A DNA stretch of 56,796 bases, taken from the NCBI GenBank assembly GCA_045837725.1, contig JBEWZL010000128.1:1-56796 (forward strand), written 5' to 3'. Positions 35,926 through 46,587 of the stretch are shown here, in pieces (within the stretch, counting starts at the first letter, position 1; each line of letters starts with the position of its first letter). The position numbers and the translations under genes are program-made. Origin of the DNA: Vermamoeba vermiformis. Taxonomy: Eukaryota. The notes beneath the pieces are model-generated. The model was not told the origin of the DNA and made no database searches. It was given only the letters and a program-made list of their open reading frames with translations.

Positions 35926-37731
35926 TTAACGAGGGGTGTTGTTTCTATCGTAGATAGCTTGAGCCATATCCTGTTGCAAAGTAGGATTGTCTTGGATCAA
36001 GTCAGCGATCGAACCCAAAGTGTAAGTGACGATAGTAGGGTTGTTGACGATAGTTGCAACCCAATCTCTCCATTGATCAGGCTCGTACAAAGCAGGGTTA
36101 CCACCGAGCAAGCGAGTGTTTACGGAGCTGTTCTCGGTGTAGCGGATCTGCAATTGGCGTCTGAGGTCCTCGCGCATCTGGTTGAACGAGAAACCGAAAC
36201 TGATGCCACCACCGCCAGCATCACGCTTAGTGTCACGCATGTTACCGTCGTTGATACCAATCTTAGCACGTTTGCCTAAATTGCCACATTAACACAGGAT
36301 CTTCTAAGAACTAGCAGATGTGACTTACCAGGAGCAGAAGGGACGGCAGTGGTGCGAGTAGGAAGCTTAGTGCTGGGAGTAACATCTTGAGTAGGGTCAT
36401 TGGTGGGAGTGTTAGTAGCAGGAGCATCGCTCTTGGGGGTAGTTCCGTAGCTGAAAAAACAAATCCGTTAGTTCAACTCTTTAACATCATATCTCGTTAC
36501 TAATGAGCCACGCGAATATAATAGAATATTTATATTGTCTTTAGTGCTTACCTGAAAGAAATACCGAATTGGGTCTTGACGTAATCCTCATCGAGCTTGG
36601 TGAAGTTGCGGATGTCGGCCAACTCTTCACGGCGAACAGTACCACCCAATTGGGCTTGCATGACGTAGTGAGTACCGAAGTAGTCGAAGAATTGGAAGAA
36701 TCTAACATATAAGGTTAACGCAAAGTGCAAAAAAATTCGGCCGATCTGCCGATCAGCAGCGGATGACTCGAGACTTACTGAGCCTTAGTAGCTTCAGAAT
36801 AACGAGGCAATCTTCTTAAGAACTCGCGGCAAGCATAAGATTGCTTCAACAAGAATGGAGGGAACAACTTGACGTCGTAGAAGATGTGTTGCTGCTCGGT
36901 AACACCGTATCTGTAGTTGCGGTTGTCTTGAGTGAAGCTAAACCGATAGACATTAGTCATATGCTCGCATACACTTATAATCTGATAGATAAAGCGTGAT
37001 TGGATGCAAGGTCATACCGAATCTGGCGAGTCTCCTTGGTGTTAGTGAACGAGAACATGTTGCCCAAGTTCAAGCTGATACCAGTAGAGCGAGCCTTGGT
37101 AGTACGGAACTCGTCGACAGTGTTGAACACCTATATTATTACATGTAATTAGCATCGGTAAACATTTAGACGTTTGGCGTGTGTCAAATCTATCCGAGCC
37201 AAATTTTCATTATTAATTATTCGGAATTCAAATATTAGCCCCTTAGCAATTAAAAAATAGTGCATGGCGACATTTAAAGCCAAACTACTAATACTGCGAG
37301 TCTACGTTGTGGATTTGAACAAAAAAAGTAACAAATTTCGCTCGCAACCAAATCAATTAATATAGTTAATTCGACCGATAAATAATATTCTATTATTATA
37401 ATTTAGAGCCTTTAGAGGAGCCGCAAACAATTTCAAAGCCAAAGAGGTTCTAGAAGCAACTTACATTGGTGGTTCTGTTAACGAAGGTATCAGGAGTAGA
37501 GATAGAGTCAATCTCCATAGGAATCTCGTAGTCCTTATCATCATAAGGAGAGGTGAAGGTTTTGCCCAACCAAGTCAATTCGATGGGAGACATCTTGAGT
37601 TGCATGGTGACAAGATCGAAACCAATGCCAATCTTGTCGACACCGCGGAGCTTAGGGGCGGGTTGACCTCCATCAAATTGAGCCAAAGCACAGGCCACGA
37701 AAGAAACAAATAACAATGTGCGGAGTTGCAT
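35926..37731 (-). CDS. Secreted MACPF (perforin-like) pore-forming protein
   Basis: Signal peptide MQLRTLLFVSFVACALA; GVDKIGIGFDLVT; MACPF signature FFDYFGTHYVMQAQLGG; LLGGNP...QWRDWVATIVNNPTIVTYTLGSIADLI...DMAQAI. Confidence 0.9.
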
Positions 37732-38403
37732 CTTGGAACGTTGGAGACTGTTGGATTAGGACGCTAGAATTCGCTGGATCGAATTCAAGGTGTGGTCTCT
37801 AGGTGCAAAAATAAGTAAGTTTGAACAGGAAAAAATAGCGATTTTGTTTTTACCTTGCAACTGTCAAACATGTTTTTCCATGTTGACATTTGTCTGTCCG
37901 GTGATTCATTGGACGGATCCCATTTAAATTCACACCTTGTACGCGATTAGCGCCTATAGTAAAGTGTCAAACAATGCTTACGGGTGAAAAACTTGCTTAC
38001 TGAAAGGTTGGTGCCATTCCGATTTCGTACAAGCCCGTTTGGTGATCTGATTTGAAGTCGCTTGAAACCGCAGTATGGTGCTATGATACGTATTTGATGA
38101 CGTTTTCAAGCTTACAGTAAGCGTGCGAGTGCATTTTTGAGTACGTTTTGATTGACATAATTGACGTTGTCTCGCTTCGGTTAAATTGCAGCTCATGGTG
38201 CAATATAATCTGTTTTGTGCAACATGTACAACAGATCACGTAGCATCCCATCGTTCGCACGAACTGAGGCTCGTCTTATCTTGAATAGGAGCGTCAGTCG
38301 TTTCCGTGGCTATCCTTGATAACTAACGTAATTACGGCCATTATGATGGTAATTGAGTTGAATTGGACAATCCAACACTAACCTATTAACGGCTATTGAG
38401 ATG

Positions 38404-41168
38404 TCACTTGGTCTTGTTCTTCCGCTTCTCCCTCTCCATGTCTCGAAGCACATTTCGCTGGATCTTGCCTGTAGTTGTCATAGGCAGCTCTTTGACGAAT
38501 TCAATTTCGCGCGGGTACTCATATGCTGCGAGGTACTTCTTAACGTGCTCTTGCAAACTCTTTTTAAGCTCGGCATCCTCGACGGTACCTAATTTAATTC
38601 AGTTCGTTAGTTTGGGACCGCGATGAACAGTTATTGCGCTAGCATGCATAATAATTGAATACCTGGCTTCAGTACGACGAATGCCTTAACGATTTCTCCG
38701 CGGGTTTCGTCGGCTACTCCAATAGCAGCAGAGAGTGCTACGGCTGGATGGCGCAGCAAACAATTTTCAATTTCAGAAGGACCTGCGAGTATAGCATAAT
38801 TAATACGCATTACGTATTACGATGTTTGAGGAGGTTATCGCCTCATTAGCGATGAAATACCTATCCGATAACCAGAGCATTTAATAACGTCGTCAGATCT
38901 GCCCACGAACCAAAAGTAGCCTTGTTCGTCCTTCTTTCCTAAGTCGCCAGTAACTAGCCAATCACCGACGAACTTCTTTTTCGTCGCTTCTTCATTTCTC
39001 CAGTATTCCAAAAACATGACCGGATGTGGCCTTTTGACCGCAATGTTACCCGATTGTCCTGCTGGCAATACTTTGCCCTGGCGTATCATTAGACTATAGT
39101 CAACGTTGCATATACTTTCTTACTTTATCATCAATAATATCGACAATGGCGCCGGGTGTAGGACGACCAATAGATCCGGGTCGAACATCCATAATCGCCG
39201 AGCAATTGCCCAACAACAGGTTAGCCTCTATAACGATAGGTTAGCGCTTCATATACTAGATGGCAATGTTAGGCTGTGCACGTACCAGTTTGTCCATAGA
39301 ACTCATTGATGGTCACCCCGAATGTCTTCTTTCCCCACTCGAGCAACTCTTGTCCGAGACTTTCACCACCGCTGCCAATGCTGTACATGAATTTACTTGA
39401 CGGGATGTTGTGTTGTCTCATCAGCTTGAGTGCTGTGGGTGGCATGAACGCGTGTCTTACTTTGTGCTTCTCCATCAACTCGAAGCTGAAAGTGCACCAT
39501 GTGAGTCACTATTAAGCCGGCTAAATAACGCTTAACGTACACGAAGTTCGGGTCGAATTTACGCTTCGATCGATAGGCTAAGACGGGAACACCGTGGTGC
39601 AGAGAAGGTAACAAGACATCGATTAAGCCGCCTATCCAGGCCCAATCTGCAGGTGTGTAGAATAGCAGCGAGTCATCGTTGTGCTTCGGAAATAGATTGT
39701 GAGGGAACTCAACTCCGGGGAGATGTCCCAACAGTACCCGATGTGCGTGAAGGGCGCCTACAAAGCGGATCAGAAAATTATTTAGAGGAGCTGTTAATTG
39801 TTTACCTTTTGGAGGACCAGTAGTGCCCGAGGTGAATATAATAATGGCTGGATCTTCGCTCGATGTTTTCATTGTCGTGAATCTGTACGGCATCTCCATG
39901 ATCAACTCGTCAAACTTGACGATCAATTTGCCAGCTGCCTTCAATCTACGAATATAGACATAAGATACAGATCAATAGTGAGTTATAATCAAAGCTTACG
40001 TCTCCATAGTGCGTCTATTTAATCCCGTGGAGCTATAATCTGTAACGACAATAGTTTCCAAATTAGGCAGCTCGTGGCTTAGCTCAGCGACTTTTTGCAA
40101 GTCTTCAGCATCAGTTATCAATATTCTGCAGCGAATAGCAATTCAGCTCAACGAAACAGAATGGGCTGTCCTCGCGTACGTACCTTGCCTCGCTGTTATT
40201 CAATCTGAATTTGATAGCTTCGTGGCCAAACTGCGTAAACAATGGGATGGCAATGCAGCCTATTTTGTACGCAGCGATGTGGGAAATCACTAGCGAGAAC
40301 TCGATGAGAATAGTCCTAACGTAAAGGATCCGCTCACTTACCAGTTTGAGGGCTCTGCGTCAATAAAATGCCTATTCTATCTCCTTTTTTAGCGCCATAT
40401 TTTTCCTGCAAAACATAGCCCAGTGCATCAGAGTACTAGCATTAAAAAGTTAGTACAACGAGACGGATCGGACGCAGCGTGTGACGTACCTTCTTCAGTT
40501 GATTAAAACTCAAGTTAATTGTTCTACCCGACTCGTCTTCGTATATGATGGCTGTATTAGCGCCATAGCTACATAAAGAAGAATATTTAGCGAATTGAAA
40601 GTTGCTGATCTGCAATAGTCCGCATACTCGCGTCCGAAGTACTTACCCATTCCTGATATGCTTATCACATATATCATCGCCGATATTGTAGTACTCGGGA
40701 ATATCCCACTTGAATGCTGAATAGATATCTTCGTAGCTTTTGCCTTGTGGTAGAAGCGGGAAGCGTTTGGGAGCTAAAAATAGGCAATATATTAGAAATT
40801 ATGTTATCGCGTAGTCGATGTGCTGCAAAATGCTCTGTCTTAGCAATTTGTTAAAGCAAGCTATCAATGCATCTATTTTATTTACCTTGACTTGCCAATT
40901 TTCGTCTCCTCTGAGAGCGCAATGAAGCCGAGGGAACAGCTATTCTAGAATGATATTTAAAATTAGATTAATATTTTGCCTTGTATGAAAAGATAACAAG
41001 ATAAAAAGAAATCTGGCCAGATTCGTCCCAAAAGACACTAAGGCGGTATTTTCCTATTTACCTCGTGCCCAACACGCGTTTAAATATTCCTATTGCCAAT
41101 AAATATTAGTCGAAGGCACTGGAATGGTTTTTCTATTGTTGATCCGTACTTGACCCAAAAGATAGCAT
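38404..41168 (-). CDS. AMP-dependent acyl-CoA synthetase with predicted mitochondrial presequence
   Basis: [76 protein letters not shown]-terminus [35 protein letters not shown] is Arg/Ser-rich with no acidic residues. Confidence 0.9.
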
Positions 41169-41363
41169 TGCGGCTAAGCAAGAATGATAGCGTCAAGAAT
41201 ATAATATACTGCTATTTAAAATGCGTAATTGTTGTCTTTCTTGATCTGATGCGTAAGTGCAAAAACGGTCAAAAAAGATTTTATTACATTTTCTGCTAGA
41301 GAGCGACACAAAAGCTTCGTACTTGTACATATACACACGCTCATTTATTAGTATAACTTGCAA

Positions 41364-41591
41364 ATGTGCCATACCGTCACCGTTGTCTTGGTATCTGCTT
41401 TCTTTGGTCTCGTGGCCGCTGCTGGCGCTATTATCTTTGCAAATTTCATTGGAGAGGGATTTGATAATCAATTAATATTGTTGATTATTGGCATTGTATT
41501 AATGGGCATTGGTGCTGCTGGATTGTTCGTCTTGTTGATGATCTGCTGTAGGTTCACTTGTTGCGATAGGTCAACAGCGATAGTCGATTAA
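41364..41591 (+). CDS. Small two-TM membrane protein with Cys cluster
   Basis: 75 aa; hydrophobic segments VTVVLVSAFFGLVAAAGAIIFA and LILLIIGIVLMGIGAAGLFVLLMI, then CCRFTCC. Confidence 0.6.
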   Translation: MCHTVTVVLVSAFFGLVAAAGAIIFANFIGEGFDNQLILLIIGIVLMGIGAAGLFVLLMICCRFTCCDRSTAIVD

Positions 41592-42914
41592 ACAATGTGA
41601 GTACATATTTTATAACATATTTATAAAGCGTAAATAATATTTCATGATTCGGTTGCGAAATTGAAATTATTCGATTTTCGAATCCTCGCAATAAAAAGAT
41701 TCTGTTCGCAAACTGCGATATTTAAATTAATTTTCGACGCAAAGATTATTAGAGCCATTACATGACGCTGTTTTATTTATTTACAGGACTAATCATTATT
41801 TTATTTTAGATTTAACGAAAATAACTTGCCTTGTAGTAGTATAGCTGATTAGAATAAACCATGTAATATATTTCCACTCCAAACATTCGGTCAACTTTAT
41901 ACTCGACTGAAGACCAGGCACGAGGCCATTTTCGAATCCATTAACGGTACGTTTACGTTTTTACATCCGAATTACTTCATTTACGCTCTTACAATTAAAA
42001 TCGAAGAAATTATAGTCTTTAAAATGATACAGAGGCCCTAGGGAACCATCGTAAAGCGGTAACGAGCGTTGCGTGAAAAACAAGCAGCTCGTGCTCGTGA
42101 ACAGATTCAAGTGACACATTTGGCTTATTACCGTAAGACAATATGCAACCAAGTTACTGCTTATGGCGTAGAAAGCACGTGCTTCGTCGAGCATATGTCC
42201 TTATTAAGTATATTTATTGTGTGTTCGAAAAAAAGCTTGAAACAGATCGAGATCTCGCAGCAACGTAAAATGTCGATTGACGGTTACTGGCCAAACTAAA
42301 CTTCGTAATACAATAATAATGTAGTATAGTAAATAGATAGGAGACTAGTCGGGTCTTCGCGCGTGGTTGTGTATAAATGTTGGTTGTTGGTAGCCAAGTT
42401 TTATTGCAAAGTTGAGCCACAAAGCACCAAAGCGAACAAATTGTATTTGTTTAATTAGTGGCCAATATTAATATTCATTGTGCGAGGACTTGATCTATTT
42501 GCAATAGTTGGAAGGAACGTCTCTTAACTGCCTTCCGAATTGGTGCTTGTTTCATAAAACTTGTATAAGAAATCGTAATTACAGTTAATAATATTTAAAC
42601 ACGTAAGTAGAAAGCAAATGAACTGGTGCGCGAGGAGATATTAAATCTGGATGGATTAACCATAAATTTTTATTTTTTGATTGCTCAATGAGATTAACAT
42701 CGCATTAATATTCCATAATGTTGTTATACTCCAAATTAATACAGATTTTAATTGCGGTTTAATTTGGTTTCAGTTTACGACCCAGGCGGTATTTTTCACC
42801 AGATTAAAGTTGTAGATCTCCTCGGGCTACAAGCGAGCATCGCCACCATATTTTAATTATAATCGTATTATTTATTTATCACCAGAGTACAGGTATTGAT
42901 TTTGTTTCTGTAGC

Positions 42915-45900
42915 ATGTCGAAATCCGAGTTTATTTTTGGTGCTGACGGAGACGAGGACGAAGGTAAGCATTTTATACTATTTAAATGACCTATTATCAT
43001 AAAAAGGAGCTTTGGCGCAAATAAGAATCGATCCCAATAGCGCCAATACACGATCGGCTTTTTAGTAAATTTTTTCTTTTATTCTCGAATAATTGCCATT
43101 ATTTAGTGCATATTCGTATTCAGCAAATATAGGCTAATATAATAATATTATTATAGATCAAGACGAATTTGTCATTGACGATTCTTTGGACACACTCGAT
43201 CGCATAAAATTGTACATTAAAAGTGATCTTGTTCTCCACAGGTAAGAACCTCCATATACAATATTTATAAAGGCTCCATATTGAGCATTATATATTCATA
43301 TTTTTAATTTTGCTACACGGCGGAATGAGCTTCGGCCGAACAATGCCAATATTCCATATATACCGACAAGATCTGTTCGCCTTGGCGTTAGCTTACCTGT
43401 TTGACGTCGAGCATTAACCGATTATTTAACGATAGATTGTATTTGGTGCGCGATCTGGCCGAAAGTGCTCGAGAGATCGGATTTGAAGCCACAAACGAAC
43501 ATTTATTGCCTATTTTTGATGATTTGAAGCTTGATCCGGAGCCTCCCGTCCGTCAGGCATTTGTTGAGCAATTACCGAGCATTTGTCGATTCTTCAAAGA
43601 GGTACGTGCTACAAAATTGAATTTCATTTGCTATATTTTTAGCATCCTTGGATGAAATTTAAAAAATATTACAAATTGGTCCTGACGATTTATTAATGCG
43701 ATTATTGCTATTGTTCAGTTAATTATCTTTTTTGGAGCGAGTAAATCTTTTCTAACGCGTGCATCCGAATTTAGCAAGGAGATGATGGCTATAGACGATT
43801 TCTCGAGAAATTATTGCCTATTGTGGCTACATTTGCTACAGACTTGAACCCGCAAGTACGTCAATCAGCTATGGAGACCTTGGTCGAGATCGGTCAAATC
43901 GTTGAACGAGCAGATCTTGCCCAACACGTGCTGCCAATTGTACGAAATATGGCACGTGATAACAATGAAGAAGAGCACCGCGTACAAGCAGCACAATTGA
44001 TCAACGAGTTGGCACCTTCACTCGAGGCACCTTTGTTGGACGAATTTGTCGTGCCGCACGTGCAATTGTTGACCGGTGATCCCATGTTCCGCGTACGCAA
44101 AGCCGTCGCGAGCAACTTGGGCAATGTTTGCACCTCACTGGGCGTCGACAAGACTTCGGAATTCATCGTAAGTACCGAGCCTTAGACGGGTAGAGTTGAT
44201 TGAACCTGGTGACTCACGATCTATTTTTAGCTCCCGTTGTTTGTGAAGCTCGCAAGTGACGAGATCTGGGGTGTGCGCAAAGCGTGTGCTGAGAGCTTGG
44301 TGAATATTTCTGAGAACGTCACTGCCGAGAACAGAAAGAAGACTTTGACCTCCGTGTTCGAGTCTTTGGCTGAAGATGTAAGTCGTCATGTGATTGGTCA
44401 TTGCAATTCATGAACGAGGTTTAATTAACGCTAAAATAGCCTTCACGTTGGGTCCGTAACGCTGCGTATCAAATCTTGGGTCCGTTCATCGCCACTTTCC
44501 CTGGTGTTGACGTAAGTTCTGTTATTCATGAACGAGGTTACTTTCAGTGAAATACATAGTGCTCGGCAGGTGTTCCAAATATGGTATTAACTTATGAAAT
44601 TTCAGGTCACTGACTCGTTGCTGGGCTATTACAAAAACATGGCCGAGGACAGCAAAGACACCAAGTTCACCGACAGCGACAACGTGCTGTACTGCGCCTT
44701 CAACTTCCCTGCTGTCTTGCTCACGCTCGGTCGAGGTCGTTGGATCGAACTGAGCGACCTGTACGCCAAGCTGGTCAAAGATCTGCAGTGGAAAGTACGC
44801 AGGACTTTGTCGTTCTCTTTGCACGAAGTCGCAAATATTCTTGGTACTGAACTCACCGAGGAGCATTTGTTGAGCACTTTTGAATTGTTCTTGAAGGATC
44901 TTGATGAAGTAAGTAACCTCGATCTCAAAAATTTTATTTTTATTTTTTTTCTATTTATCTGAACTATTGGAATATACTTATTAATGCTCTGCGGTGATGG
45001 TATTAATTTTAAATAATTTTTAGGTCAAGGTTGGAATTATTGCTCATTTGACTCAGTTCTTTGGCGTCTTGTCTCAAAAGAGCCGCGAACAGTATCTGTA
45101 TATTTTGACTGAAATTCAAAAAGACAGCGTCAACTGGCGATTCAGGAAGTTAATAGCGAAGTAAGTCTTATTCAATCAAGTCGAAAATTAAATTTCAGAT
45201 CTGTTCGATCTCGCGAAACTAATCGAAATTTTTCTCGTTAACAGACAAATGGGAGAGTTAAGCGAACTGTATTTAAATAGCATCAACAACAATAACACCA
45301 ACACTAATGCCGAAACACCTAAACCAAGCGAAAACAAAGAAAAGACCGAGGAAGACGAGATCCGCGAAATTGAAAAGAGTTTGATGCCTCAAGCACTGCC
45401 TCCGGGTGATGTTATCGTCTCTGTCACTTTGGCCCTACTTCACGACTCTGTTGCTGCGGTTAGAAAGGCTTTGCTTAAAGGAGTAAGTCAAGTTTATCCG
45501 CTCGGAAAAATTCTAAGATAAGGATCCTTTGCCAATACTCTCGCGAGTTATTTGACTCAAATAATACGTATTAACGACTATTACAATCTAGATTGGTAAA
45601 ATTATAAATATTGTGGATAAACTGCCCGAGAAGAGGAAGGTATTCTTGGACGAAATTAAATCATTGGTCGACAGCAATGTTTATCAGACGAGGCAAATGT
45701 AAGTACTCATTGCAATCATTATTATGCACCATATTATTTGATATATAATTGCTCTGGCGTCATATTTTAATTCTATCGAAATTTTTTGATTTGCTTTAAA
45801 ACGACCGATCTGCATCAAACCGACAAACATTTATTGACCTTGTACTACCACAGGTATGGAACTATTGCCGAGCACTCTGTAACGCACGTGTCGGCCGAAT

Positions 45901-46279
45901 TATTCGAAGCAGAGTTGTTGCCGTTGTTGTTGGAGAAAGCGATGGTCGATCCAGTTCCGAACGTCCGAATTACTGCCGCTCGCGCGATGAAAAAATTATC
46001 CGAGCATGGTAAGTGCTTCAAGGAGATACTAACACTAGAGAATGAGCTAATTTTCATGAATTAGAACCGTTTTCAAAGAACAGTAAAGTCATGGATGCGG
46101 TCGAGACACTCAAAAAGGACAAAGATCGCGACGTGATCTTTTATTCTGGCGGTGATCCTCCTCCACGAGGTCGACCAATTGATGAGCCTTTGTTACCTGA
46201 GGAGGTAAGTTGTTTTGTCCGGACAAATGTTGCGCTTTGACTTTTATTGACCAAATTCTCGCAGCGAAACTCAAAGTGA
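42915..46279 (+). CDS. PPP4R1: Serine/threonine phosphatase 4 regulatory subunit 1-like HEAT-repeat protein
   Basis: DPMFRVRKAVASN, DEIWGVRKACAESL, YCAFNFPAVLLTLGRGRW...LVKDLQWKVRRTLSFSLHEVA, NWRFR, DPVPNVR, DKDRDV. Confidence 0.85.
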
Positions 46280-46587
46280 CAAGACTAAACGGAATTTAAA
46301 ACAAAACGACAATTCGTGTAGTAAGTGCAATAAAACAAACGTTAAACTCGAGCTTTGTTTATCAAGGGATTTACCGATCAAATCGACATGCATCAAAAGG
46401 ACATGTCACCGGGTGTGTAGAAATATTCCTTTCCGTGAGTCTCGGGTAGCTACTGGGAATTCAAAGCGACGGGTCTTAGACCAGTGGCTGGCTTTGTATG
46501 TTGAATAGCTAGGTCGTGACCGTGCCAGAAACTTCCAAAATAGGTCGTGCCTTTTCGGAACTAGGGCCATTCATTGCCTTTCAATGC

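Noticed and set aside
37978..38330. 72-aa minus-strand ORF between the MACPF and ACS genes
   Set aside because: No motif and no convincing exon structure.
41900..42420. Short ORFs on both strands, possible decayed gene
   Set aside because: No coherent spliced model or recognisable domain.
46321..46587. GC-richer segment considered as RNase P/MRP RNA or as readthrough of the F-box gene
   Set aside because: Conserved P4 motifs were not found and the continuing frame has several stops; probably 3' UTR or a decayed tail.
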